Assembly: GCA_964484785.1 (NCBI GenBank)
Contig: CAZAFD010000001.1
Location: forward strand, 6,671 to 65,444
DNA: 58,774 nt
Direction: 5' to 3'
Source: an uncultured Rhizobiaceae bacterium
Lineage (GTDB): Bacteria > Pseudomonadota > Alphaproteobacteria > Rickettsiales > UBA1997
A model generated the notes under the pieces. That model saw nothing but the letters and a program-made list of their open reading frames with translations, was not told where the DNA came from and did no database searches. Every line of letters begins with the position of its first letter. Within the stretch, counting starts at the first letter, position 1. Made by a program: the position numbers and the translations under genes. This document shows positions 17,284-26,991 of the stretch, piece after piece.

Positions 17284-18720
17284 ATGGATATGGATATATC
17301 AGCAAGCTTGAGTACAGGGTGGAAAAAAAGAGAGATAAATATTTCAGAGCAGCTAACGAATATATTATCATGTTCAAGAGAAAGTGTAGAAGAACTATTA
17401 AAATGGTTATCAGAGTTTAATGTGCAATTTTTCAAGACGATTAATAAAAATGATTCACAAATAGGAATCGAATGGTCTTTTTTTGGTCAAAATGAGAACT
17501 CATACACACCTGATGTGATAGATAAGTTCTATTTAATAGCCCAATGTAAGTTTTATAGTGGAACAGGTGAAGGGATAGATACAGCGGCATTAAATACAGA
17601 GTTAAATACCTTTCTTAGATCAATTGATACTGATAATTACAAACAAATTAGCTCTTGTTGCTATCTAGCTTTAATAGGGCAAACAATTTCAAGACATATA
17701 GAAAACAAGTCATTACAGAAGCCTGTTGATATAAAGTTGACTTTTAGGCCGAAAAATAGGGATATTCCAAATCCTAGTGATAGCAGCAGCCAAGATGTTA
17801 CAAAGACTATTAATTTTAAATTTAATGAAAAAGAATGTTCTATAGATATTTCTCCTATAGAGGAAAATTTGTTAAATCGTGATGAATTATTAGGACTAAG
17901 GGGAAATGAAGTGTATGAAATTTTACTAGAGACAGGCGATGGTAGAGAAATAAATAAAAGCGAATTGATTTCCGCCATACAAGAATCTATTAACGACTAT
18001 GTACAGAACATGCCAGGTATCATGCTTGACTTAATTAATGGTCTTTCCGGTATTAGAAGACCGGTTCCAAGCTCTGGGCAAATACCTACTATGACAGTAC
18101 GAAATGATGCAATATCACCACAACCTTCGTCACAAACTAGTCAGAGCCCTACTTTCATGGCTGTACCATATATACCTTCTTCTTCAGAAGAATCCGAAGC
18201 GGAAAAGGACTCAATAAATAACATACTAAAACTAGATAATATTCCAAGCGGGGTTTTCACGAGTGGAGCAACAATAAAAAAATTCTTTGATAATTCTAGT
18301 CCAAAGTATAATAGAGAAATGTCAAAAAAGTTATTGAATGTTAAAAATAATTATCCTAGTGGTTTTAGTGTATATGAATATGGAGAAGAAGGCGGTGAGG
18401 AACTAGAGCCGTATTCAATTGATGAAGTTGTTGAGGAATTGTTTGATTTTTTCAACTCTGAAGAAGAGCCTATTTCTTTAAGTATAAGTGAAATGGAAAA
18501 ATCGATAGTAATTAATGCACCAAACTTATCAGAAGAAGAGCAAGAAAACATAAGACTGGCTATAGCTACGGAACTATGTATAAGAGTTAACGCTAAAAAA
18601 AAAGAAAAAGACCCAAAAGATAATAAGCTCTTGAAAGCCGCGATAAGAAGGGATAAGCAGCTGCGCAAAAGGAAACAATCGACAAAAGGTGCAGAACTGG
18701 CAGATATGCTACATCTTTAA
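17284..18720 (+). CDS. orphan acidic/Ser-rich protein with a strongly basic C-terminal tail (candidate T4SS substrate)
   Basis: 478 aa. It has no signal peptide or TM, a low-complexity S/P/Q/E middle (SPQPSSQTSQSPT, SSSEESEAEKD) and the C-terminus KKKEKDPKDNKLLKAAIRRDKQLRKRKQSTKGAELADMLHL. I recognise no domain. Confidence 0.6.
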   Translation: MDMDISASLSTGWKKREINISEQLTNILSCSRESVEELLKWLSEFNVQFFKTINKNDSQIGIEWSFFGQNENSYTPDVIDKFYLIAQCKFYSGTGEGIDTAALNTELNTFLRSIDTDNYKQISSCCYLALIGQTISRHIENKSLQKPVDIKLTFRPKNRDIPNPSDSSSQDVTKTINFKFNEKECSIDISPIEENLLNRDELLGLRGNEVYEILLETGDGREINKSELISAIQESINDYVQNMPGIMLDLINGLSGIRRPVPSSGQIPTMTVRNDAISPQPSSQTSQSPTFMAVPYIPSSSEESEAEKDSINNILKLDNIPSGVFTSGATIKKFFDNSSPKYNREMSKKLLNVKNNYPSGFSVYEYGEEGGEELEPYSIDEVVEELFDFFNSEEEPISLSISEMEKSIVINAPNLSEEEQENIRLAIATELCIRVNAKKKEKDPKDNKLLKAAIRRDKQLRKRKQSTKGAELADMLHL

Positions 18721-18810
18721 AAAATTTTATGTAGTACAGTATAATAAACAGTATTTTAATATTTACATTTTAAATAATATCTTTACTTTAAAGTAAAGAT
18801 ATTATTTATA

Positions 18811-20058
18811 TTGTATAATGTGCCAACCTATCAAGTTTTAGCTAGAAAATATAGACCACAGAAGTTCTCGGAATTAGTGGGCCAAGATGCTTTGGTTCGT
18901 ACTTTAACGAATGCCATAAGTAGTAATAAGGTGGCACACGCTTTTATTCTAACTGGAATTAGAGGTGTTGGTAAAACATCTACGGCCAGATTGATAGCTA
19001 AATCTCTTAACTGTATAGGATTAGACGGGCAAGGGAAAGAAACTATAGACCCCTGTTTACAGTGTGTACATTGTAGGGCTATCGCTAATTCCATTGATCA
19101 AGACGTAGTAGAATTTGATGCTGCTAGTCATACGGGCGTTAATGATATTAGAGACATCATTGACAGCATAAATTATCCACCAGCTTATTCTAGATATAGG
19201 ATATTTATAATAGACGAAGTACACATGTTATCAAATAGTGCATTTAATGCATTACTGAAAACATTAGAAGAACCACCCAATCACGTTAAGTTTATTTTTG
19301 CGACAACCGAGATCAGAAAGGTACCGATTACCATTTTATCGAGATGTATTAGATTTGATTTAAATAGGATTAACCATGATATCTTGACTAATTATTTGAT
19401 TGATATTGCCAAAAAAGAGGGGATCAAATTAGCAGAAAGCTCTGCTGCATTAATAAGTTTTAAAGCTGAGGGCTCTGTACGCGACGCATTATCCTTACTA
19501 GATCGCATTATTTCTTTTAATGAATTTAAAGAAGAAATAAGAGATGAGCTGGTTTGCGATGCTCTAAATATTGGAAACAAGGAACAAAATTTTAGGCTAT
19601 ATAGTTTTTTGTTAAAGAATGATATTAATAGTACATTAACGTGTTTTGATGAGATATATTTATCTCTATCAAATTATGAAGATTTTATTAATGATCTCAT
19701 GGATATTACACATAAACTCTTGTTAAAAAAGAACAATATACGTATAAATTACATTACTCCTTTTGAGGAGCAGTGGTTAGAAAAGTCTTATGAGACAATT
19801 AGTTCAAGCGCCCTGTTTAGGATCTGGCAATTTTTAGTAAAAGGTTTACAAGATATGAAATATATTAGTAATCATAGAATTTTTCTTGAGACTTTGTTGT
19901 TAAAAATACTATATGGAAGTGATATACCTGAGATAACAGATATAATAAAAAAATTGCAAAATAATTCACGTAATCCTAACATTCCAGTGGACAATACTGG
20001 AAAAGACGATTTGTTGAATAAGGTATTGAATAAATTCGAAGGTTCAAGGCTAGTGTAG
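18811..20058 (+). CDS. dnaX: DNA polymerase III subunit gamma/tau (short form)
   Basis: 415 aa with ARKYRPQKFSELVGQD, the Walker A GIRGVGKTSTAR, a Zn module (CxxC...CxxC) and DEVHMLS. The track start is a TTG. There is no tau-specific C-terminal extension. Confidence 0.9.
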   Translation: MYNVPTYQVLARKYRPQKFSELVGQDALVRTLTNAISSNKVAHAFILTGIRGVGKTSTARLIAKSLNCIGLDGQGKETIDPCLQCVHCRAIANSIDQDVVEFDAASHTGVNDIRDIIDSINYPPAYSRYRIFIIDEVHMLSNSAFNALLKTLEEPPNHVKFIFATTEIRKVPITILSRCIRFDLNRINHDILTNYLIDIAKKEGIKLAESSAALISFKAEGSVRDALSLLDRIISFNEFKEEIRDELVCDALNIGNKEQNFRLYSFLLKNDINSTLTCFDEIYLSLSNYEDFINDLMDITHKLLLKKNNIRINYITPFEEQWLEKSYETISSSALFRIWQFLVKGLQDMKYISNHRIFLETLLLKILYGSDIPEITDIIKKLQNNSRNPNIPVDNTGKDDLLNKVLNKFEGSRLV

Positions 20059-20096
20059 CCTAGTGCGTATATTATTAGTATACTTGTATAGCGTGT

Positions 20097-21665
20097 ATGG
20101 TTGAAGAGAATAAGGTTGTTAATGATGATCCTACTATAGTTGAAAGTGATGGTATAAACCAGGATTCGAGTATTGTTGATAAGGGTACAAGCGTGGGTCT
20201 AATGTCAAACAATAAGACGTTAGTCATAATGGTTTGTTCTGTGTTTGGGGCTATTATCTTTTATTTATTTTTTTTTAAAAAATCTAATAAAGAAGATGTT
20301 CTATCTGATGCTAATTTATTAGTTAGAGATAATCAAACTACAAACCCTAATCGTCCCAGCTATAGTGATTTAGATACAGCATTGGATAATACCACTAAAC
20401 AAACAAATGATTATTTATTTGATGAAAAACCAGTCGATCTAGTGCCAGATATTCCAGATAGTAAGCTGGACATGCAAATACAAATACCTGAATTGTCACA
20501 TAATACAAAACAACAAATAGAGAAAGATCTCTCAGAAAGTCTTTTAGAAAACAATATAGCGGACGGCAAGAATTATTTTACTAAAGAACAAGTTGATTCG
20601 CTGATAAATGAAAAATTACAAAACTTTGAATCCACTCTTAAATCTATGCAGAGTGAGAGCTCTAGGTTGGCTGAAGAATTGAAAAAACGAGATGAAGAAG
20701 CGGCTGCCGAGAAGAAAAAGGATAACAGGATTACGAGTAATTTATTTTCTGATTCAAAAAACAAAAATGAAGTATCCCCTAATAAGGCTGCAGTTAATCC
20801 ATTTGCTAGCGATAGTGGGTTAGATAAAGACAAAGAGGATAATGAGGAAAAGAAACAAGAAGATCTATTAAAGATGGCTCAAAGGAATAGGGTTATGGTA
20901 GAAAGAAGAGCTGCTCCGATGTTTAAAATGCAGGGCGGCGGTGGAGGCTCTTCCGCAATGGATCAAGAGAGTATTATCATTATGGATAAGAATCTTCTCA
21001 CAGGAGTTAAGGAGACTCAGCAGAATGTGGTTGCTACTAAAACTTCTGACCTGACACGGGTTATACTACAAGGAAAAATTATAGATGCTGTATTAGAAAC
21101 AGCTATTGATACTGATATTGCAGCCCAAGTGCGAGCTGTGGTTACGAGAGATGTTTACGCCGAATATGGCAAGAATGTATTAATACCAAAAGGATCTAGG
21201 GTAGTAGGGACCTTTCAGAGTCAGGTAACAACTGGAGTTGCTCGACTAGGTATAGTCTGGAATAGAATTATTAGAGTAGACGGCCTTAGTCTAAATATCG
21301 CTGCTAATACTACAGATGAGCTAGGCCGTGGCGGTGTAGCCGGTGATTTAGATAATAAATATTTTCAAACCCTTAGAAATGCTTTTTTGTCTAGTATGCT
21401 AACCATTGCGACAGCACATCTAGTGGAAAAAGTAACAGATAGTAGTGGTTTAACAGTTGTGAAGGATAAAGATGGAGCTATCACAGATGTGGGTGGAAGT
21501 GCAACTTCTTTTGCTATAAGAGATGCCACTCAAGATTTTATGGATGAAGCTAAGGATATAGTTGATAATATGAAGGAAGAAAAACCTACTATCCGTATAG
21601 CGCAGGGAACAAAAATAATTATTATGGTAAATCAAGATTTGAATTTACCAGTATATAAAAAATAG
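20097..21665 (+). CDS. virB10: type IV secretion system protein VirB10
   Basis: 522 aa. It has an N-terminal TM (LVIMVCSVFGAIIFYLFFF), a charged linker and a C-terminal TrbI/VirB10 barrel (VILQGKIIDAVLETAIDTDIAAQVRAVVTRDVY...LIPKGSRVVGTF). Confidence 0.88.
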   Translation: MVEENKVVNDDPTIVESDGINQDSSIVDKGTSVGLMSNNKTLVIMVCSVFGAIIFYLFFFKKSNKEDVLSDANLLVRDNQTTNPNRPSYSDLDTALDNTTKQTNDYLFDEKPVDLVPDIPDSKLDMQIQIPELSHNTKQQIEKDLSESLLENNIADGKNYFTKEQVDSLINEKLQNFESTLKSMQSESSRLAEELKKRDEEAAAEKKKDNRITSNLFSDSKNKNEVSPNKAAVNPFASDSGLDKDKEDNEEKKQEDLLKMAQRNRVMVERRAAPMFKMQGGGGGSSAMDQESIIIMDKNLLTGVKETQQNVVATKTSDLTRVILQGKIIDAVLETAIDTDIAAQVRAVVTRDVYAEYGKNVLIPKGSRVVGTFQSQVTTGVARLGIVWNRIIRVDGLSLNIAANTTDELGRGGVAGDLDNKYFQTLRNAFLSSMLTIATAHLVEKVTDSSGLTVVKDKDGAITDVGGSATSFAIRDATQDFMDEAKDIVDNMKEEKPTIRIAQGTKIIIMVNQDLNLPVYKK

Positions 21666-21677
21666 TCAGAGGTTACC

Positions 21678-22670
21678 ATGTCAAATTTTGAAGCTCTCGA
21701 TATATATCTTAAACCAATTACTATGCTTTTAAGTAAGGAGGGTATTAACGAGGTTTCAATTAATGAGCCAAATGAGGCTTGGGTAGAAAAACGTGGAGAC
21801 ATGTATAAAGTAAGAATTGATGGATATGACCTTAGATATTTAAAGTCTCTAGGTAGATTAATTGCCCAATCAACAGACCAAAAAATAAGCGAAGAGACAC
21901 CTTTGCTGTCTGCTACTCTGCCTGCTGGTTATCGTATACAAGTTGTTTTTCCTCCGGCATGTGAAAATCACACCGTCATAATGTCTATCAGAAAGAAGAA
22001 TGATTTAGTTTGGACTCTTGATGACTATGAAAGAATGGGAGCCTTCGCTAATACAAAAATTAAAGAAGAGCAGGAAGAAAGCGTAAAGGTATTATCTCGC
22101 TTAATGAAAGAGAATAAAATAAAAGAGTTCCTGAATTACGCAATTTTAAAAAAGAAAAATATTATAATTAGTGGTGGTACCTCTACTGGTAAAACCACTT
22201 TCACAAATGCTTGTTTACAAGCTATACCAAAGGTTGAAAGATTAATAAGTGTTGAAGATGCTCGAGAAATTGATTTCAGTGGTCACCCAAACAAGGTGCA
22301 TTTGTTAGCTTCTAAAGGAGGACAGGGTAGGGCTAATGTTACCGCTCAGGATTTGATTGAGGCATGCTTACGTTTAAGACCAGATAGAATTATTGTTGGT
22401 GAATTAAGAGGTAGTGAGGCCTTCTCTTTTTTAAGAGCCATTAATACTGGACACCCAGGATCCATTTCTACTTTACACGCTGATACACCTAAAATGGCAC
22501 TACAACAGCTAAAATTAATGGTTATGCAAGCAGGCCTTAATATGCCGCCAGATGATATATTTAACTATATCAGAAATGTGGTTGATATTGTTGTCCAGTT
22601 AAAACGTGGAGAAAAAGGTGTCAGGTTTGTTTCTGAAATATATTATAGAGACTATGATGAAAATGCTTGA
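21678..22670 (+). CDS. virB11: type IV secretion ATPase VirB11
   Basis: 330 aa with the Walker A GGTSTGKTT, RPDRIIVGELRG and TGHPGSISTLHA. It sits between virB10 and virD4. Confidence 0.9.
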   Translation: MSNFEALDIYLKPITMLLSKEGINEVSINEPNEAWVEKRGDMYKVRIDGYDLRYLKSLGRLIAQSTDQKISEETPLLSATLPAGYRIQVVFPPACENHTVIMSIRKKNDLVWTLDDYERMGAFANTKIKEEQEESVKVLSRLMKENKIKEFLNYAILKKKNIIISGGTSTGKTTFTNACLQAIPKVERLISVEDAREIDFSGHPNKVHLLASKGGQGRANVTAQDLIEACLRLRPDRIIVGELRGSEAFSFLRAINTGHPGSISTLHADTPKMALQQLKLMVMQAGLNMPPDDIFNYIRNVVDIVVQLKRGEKGVRFVSEIYYRDYDENA

Positions 22671-22739
22671 AGTTTTATTATTAACTAGTACATTCCATAT
22701 GTCTAGGTATTAATTTATTGATTTAAGAGAGTTAGGTAT

Positions 22740-24512
22740 ATGGCAAACAGCAATGAATCAAGGATGACTGCATTGAGGAACTTTTTAGTAAATGTGTTGC
22801 TGCATTTATTGGTCCTTGGTTTTTGTTTTTACATATCAAGTCTTTTAATTGTCTATTTAAGATATGGTTCTAAGAGTTTAAAAGTGGTGTTAGCGCGAGG
22901 TTTATTAGATCAAGTCCTCGTGGGAAAGGGCCAATTATTCCAAGTTTGGGATATAATGCTTCATAATTTTGATAAAATTTCGAGTTTATATGTTGATTAT
23001 ATTAAATATATTGGAGCCACTATTTTACCTTTTGGTGTGTATTGTTATGTCTTTTATAAAAATAGGGAAAGTATATTAAGTTGGAAACCCTTTAAAAGCG
23101 CGGAGAGTCAGTTTGGAGATGCACACTGGGCAACAGAGAAAGAAGTTAAACAAATGGGTCTACGGAAGGCCAAGGGTATGCTATTGGGCATATATAAAGG
23201 AAAGTATCTTGTTGAATATACTTTTCAACATGCCTTATTGTTTGCCCCAACTGGTTCCGGTAAGGGTGTTGGATTTGTGATTCCAAATTTATTATTTTGG
23301 GAAGAGTCCGTGATTGTTCATGATGTTAAGGCGGAGAACTATGAACTCACGAGTGGTTATAGATTTACAAAGTTAAAGCAAAAAGTATTTGTTTGGAGTC
23401 CAGCTGATCAACAGGGTGTTACTCACTGTTATAATCCTTTAGATTGGGTTTCTAGAAATACTGGTGGTCTAGTTGATGATGTTCAGAAGATATCTAAGTT
23501 TTTGTTACCAAAACAAGAATTTTGGGAGAGCGAGGCCAGATCTTTTACTACAGGAATTATATTATATCTATTTGCAGACGAAGCTAAGCCTCATACTTTA
23601 GGTCAAGCCTTACGTGAGATGAAGAGCGATGATGTAGCCTATAATTTAGCTGTTGTTTTAGATACGCTTGGCGGTAAGATGCACCCTCTTGCTTATATGA
23701 ATATTAGTGCTTGGTTACAAAAAGCAGAGAAGGAACGTTCTGGTGTGACGTCGACAGCTACGTCGGCTTTGGAGTTGTGGTCTAACCCTTTTGTAGACGC
23801 TGCTACTTCCAGAAGCCACTTTAATATAGGTAAGTTTAGAACTATAGCCCATACATTATATGTATGCATATCTCCTAATAATATTGAACGTTTGAAACCT
23901 TTATTACAGATCTTTTATCAACAGTGTGGTTCTATTTTTACAGCTAAATTACCAAACAAGAAAATAGAAAAATTAGGTGTTTTAATGTTGTTAGATGAGT
24001 TTCCTACTTTAGGCAAAATGGAGGAAATAAAGGTCGGTATAGCTTATTATCGTGGTTATCAAGTGAAGTTATTTTTAGTTGTTCAGGATACAGAGCAATT
24101 AAAAGCAATTTATGAAGCTTCGGGTATGAACTCATTTTTATCTAACTCTACATACAGAATAACTTTTGCAGCAAACAATAATGATACAGCTAAGTTAATA
24201 TCTGACTTATTAGGAAATAAAACTATTATTAATGAAAGTTATAGTAGACCAAAGTATCTAGATTTAAATCCAAGCTCTAGAAATGTAAATATTAGTAAGA
24301 GTTCAAGAGCCCTCTTACTACCTCAAGAGATTATTACTCTATCTAGGGATGATGAGATTATTCTAATTGAGTCCAAACCTCCAATTAGGTGTAAGAAAAT
24401 AGTACATTACAAAGATCCTATGTTCTTAAAAAGAGTTTTACCAAAGATACCTGTTCCAAAACAGGAACCTGTTGGGGCAACGACCAATAAAAAAGCCCCG
24501 GCTCAAAACTAA
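22740..24512 (+). CDS. virD4: type IV coupling protein VirD4/TraG
   Basis: 590 aa with N-terminal TM helices, the Walker A FAPTGSGKGVGFVIPN, MLLDEFPTLGKM and the VVQDTEQL motif. Confidence 0.9.
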   Translation: MANSNESRMTALRNFLVNVLLHLLVLGFCFYISSLLIVYLRYGSKSLKVVLARGLLDQVLVGKGQLFQVWDIMLHNFDKISSLYVDYIKYIGATILPFGVYCYVFYKNRESILSWKPFKSAESQFGDAHWATEKEVKQMGLRKAKGMLLGIYKGKYLVEYTFQHALLFAPTGSGKGVGFVIPNLLFWEESVIVHDVKAENYELTSGYRFTKLKQKVFVWSPADQQGVTHCYNPLDWVSRNTGGLVDDVQKISKFLLPKQEFWESEARSFTTGIILYLFADEAKPHTLGQALREMKSDDVAYNLAVVLDTLGGKMHPLAYMNISAWLQKAEKERSGVTSTATSALELWSNPFVDAATSRSHFNIGKFRTIAHTLYVCISPNNIERLKPLLQIFYQQCGSIFTAKLPNKKIEKLGVLMLLDEFPTLGKMEEIKVGIAYYRGYQVKLFLVVQDTEQLKAIYEASGMNSFLSNSTYRITFAANNNDTAKLISDLLGNKTIINESYSRPKYLDLNPSSRNVNISKSSRALLLPQEIITLSRDDEIILIESKPPIRCKKIVHYKDPMFLKRVLPKIPVPKQEPVGATTNKKAPAQN

Positions 24513-24576
24513 ATAATATTGACTTATCATAGGGCTGAAACTAAATTAGTAAGCAACTAATTTAATGTGATGTTGT

Positions 24577-26991
24577 ATGAAATTCACCATATCCTGGTTA
24601 AAAGATTACCTAGATACCGAAGCTAATCTAAGCGAGATAGTTGATACTTTGAATAGAATTGGTTTAGAAGTTGAAGAAGTTATTGATAAATATGAAGAAT
24701 TAAAATATTTTAATTGTGTTAAGATAGAAGAATGTGTAGATCATCCGGATTCGGACCATTTACATATTTGTCATGTTAGAATTTCTAATGATATAGAACC
24801 TATTACTGTTATTTGTGGGGCACCAAACGTACGAGTTGGGATGAAGACAATATTAGCTCCTGTTGGTTCTGTACTACCGGATGGTACACAAATTAAGAAA
24901 GCTAAAATTCGTGGTGTTGAAAGTAGTGGGATGTTATGTTCAATAAGAGAACTAGGGCTTGGAGAAAATCACGATGGTATAATTGAAGTAGATAGCAACA
25001 TTCCTTTAGGTACAAATATTTGTACAATATTAAACTTGAATGATCCAGTGATCGAAATATCTATTACTCCAAATAGAGGAGATAGTTTAGGTGTTTATGG
25101 TATAGCTAGAGATCTAGCTGTTGCTGGATTGGGTGAGTTAAAAAAATTAGAAGATCTAAAGTTAGAGACTAGTTTTAAAAGTCCAATCACTCTCTCTGTG
25201 CGCGATCCAGATTGCTATCAATATGCTTTTAGGTATTTAAGAAATTTACAGAATGTTCAATCTCCTGTCTGGTTACAAAATAGGTTGTCCGCTATTGGAA
25301 TAAATCCAAAGAATGTTTTGGTTGATGTAACCAATTATGTTATGTTTAGTCTAGGGCAGCCATTACATTGTTACGACTATAGTAAGATAGAGGGTAATCT
25401 TATAGTTAGATCTGCACTAGAGAATGAACAATTTCTAGATCTATTTGGCAAATGTCATACCCTCTCAGGAGATGAAACTTTAATTTGTGACGATAACAAA
25501 GTTTTGTGCTTAGGTGGGGTCTTAGGTGGAAATACTTCAAGTACATCTATAGAGACCAAAGACGTTATACTTGAGGCAGCTATTTTTAATCCAATAAATA
25601 CCGCAAAAACTGGTAGGACTTTGGGTATAGAAAGCGATGCTCGTTATAGATTTGAGCGTGGTATTGATTGTGGATTACTACATTATGCACTAGATTTAAG
25701 TACACAATTAATTCTTGATATTTGTGGTGGTGAAGCCAGCAATATTGTTGAATATATTGATAAGTCTTATTTAGCCTCTAGACAAAGAAGTATTGATTTA
25801 AATATTAATAAAATTGAAAAGATTTTAGGCTTGGCTCTTGATAGAGGAGATGTTTTAAATATTTTGAGTAAATCCGGTTATAAAATTATTGATCAAGACA
25901 ATAATATACTGAATTTATTAATTCCAACTTGGAAAAATAGCGTACTTGTTCCAGAAGATATAATTGACGATATACTTAGAATTTATGGCTATGATAGTTT
26001 AGAAGATAATGATTTTATTAATGGAACATGTTTTAAAAAACCTGGTAATGATCTTATCCAAATTAAGCAAGATAAATTATTTGCGATTAGAAAGAAAATG
26101 GCTGCCAATGGCTTGACAGAATTGGTTAGTTATGTCTTTACAAATAAGAACGATTTGGAATTTTTTACTGATGCTAATCCAAATTTACAGATATTAAACC
26201 CCATTATTTCTGATTTAAATTATGTGCGTCAAAGTTTATTACCAAATATATTAACTGCTATTAAGAAAAATAGTAGTCGTGGCGTTAAAAACATTTGTCT
26301 TTTTGAATTCGGCAAAGTTTTTAATAGTAATGTGCCAGGCGATGAAGTAAGTGTTCTTTCTGGAGTGAGATATGGTTGTAACCAAAAGGAAGATATCTAT
26401 ACCTCAAAGAGGTCCTTTGATATTTTTGATGTTAAGAAAGATATTATGGATGCCTTAAGTGTTTTAAATATTGATCTTGATAAATTAGTTTATACCAGAG
26501 ATGTTCCTAAATACTATCATCCTAATAAAAGTGGAGCTGTATATATAGGTAAACAGGTTGTTGGATTTTTTGGCGAACTACATCCAAGCGTTATAGAACA
26601 TTTTGACTTAGATAATAAAGTTAATGTGTTTGAACTATATATAGATAAAATACCAAAAAAACTATTAACCATAGATACAGTTAGTCGCACTGGCTTTAAC
26701 CCAAATGATTTATTACCAATTACGCGAGATTTTGCTTTTGTTGTAGACTCTGACATAGAAGTAGGAAATATCTTAAAAGAAGTTGGTAGTTTAAATAAAT
26801 CTTTGATTTCAAATGTGTGGTTGTTTGATATTTACAAAAATCCATCTGAACCAAGGAAGAAATCAGTAGCTTTTAGTATTACCTTACAGCCCTCAGGAAA
26901 AACCATGGTAAAGGATGAAATAGACCAAATTTGCAATGAAGTAATTAATTTAGTTGAAATTAAATATAATGGTATATTAAGAGATAAATGA
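24577..26991 (+). CDS. pheT: phenylalanine--tRNA ligase beta subunit
   Basis: 804 aa. It has MKFTISWLKDYLDT, a tRNA-binding OB domain (GVESSGMLCS), B3/4 and B5 regions and a C-terminal anticodon-binding domain. No pheS lies upstream. Confidence 0.92.
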   Translation: MKFTISWLKDYLDTEANLSEIVDTLNRIGLEVEEVIDKYEELKYFNCVKIEECVDHPDSDHLHICHVRISNDIEPITVICGAPNVRVGMKTILAPVGSVLPDGTQIKKAKIRGVESSGMLCSIRELGLGENHDGIIEVDSNIPLGTNICTILNLNDPVIEISITPNRGDSLGVYGIARDLAVAGLGELKKLEDLKLETSFKSPITLSVRDPDCYQYAFRYLRNLQNVQSPVWLQNRLSAIGINPKNVLVDVTNYVMFSLGQPLHCYDYSKIEGNLIVRSALENEQFLDLFGKCHTLSGDETLICDDNKVLCLGGVLGGNTSSTSIETKDVILEAAIFNPINTAKTGRTLGIESDARYRFERGIDCGLLHYALDLSTQLILDICGGEASNIVEYIDKSYLASRQRSIDLNINKIEKILGLALDRGDVLNILSKSGYKIIDQDNNILNLLIPTWKNSVLVPEDIIDDILRIYGYDSLEDNDFINGTCFKKPGNDLIQIKQDKLFAIRKKMAANGLTELVSYVFTNKNDLEFFTDANPNLQILNPIISDLNYVRQSLLPNILTAIKKNSSRGVKNICLFEFGKVFNSNVPGDEVSVLSGVRYGCNQKEDIYTSKRSFDIFDVKKDIMDALSVLNIDLDKLVYTRDVPKYYHPNKSGAVYIGKQVVGFFGELHPSVIEHFDLDNKVNVFELYIDKIPKKLLTIDTVSRTGFNPNDLLPITRDFAFVVDSDIEVGNILKEVGSLNKSLISNVWLFDIYKNPSEPRKKSVAFSITLQPSGKTMVKDEIDQICNEVINLVEIKYNGILRDK

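Noticed and set aside
19411-19417. AAAAAAG run in dnaX as a programmed -1 frameshift site producing gamma
   Set aside because: The heptamer is not in the X.XXY.YYZ register of the zero frame (the codons are GCC AAA AAA GAG). It lies near residue 200 rather than at a tau/gamma boundary. The gene is already gamma-length.
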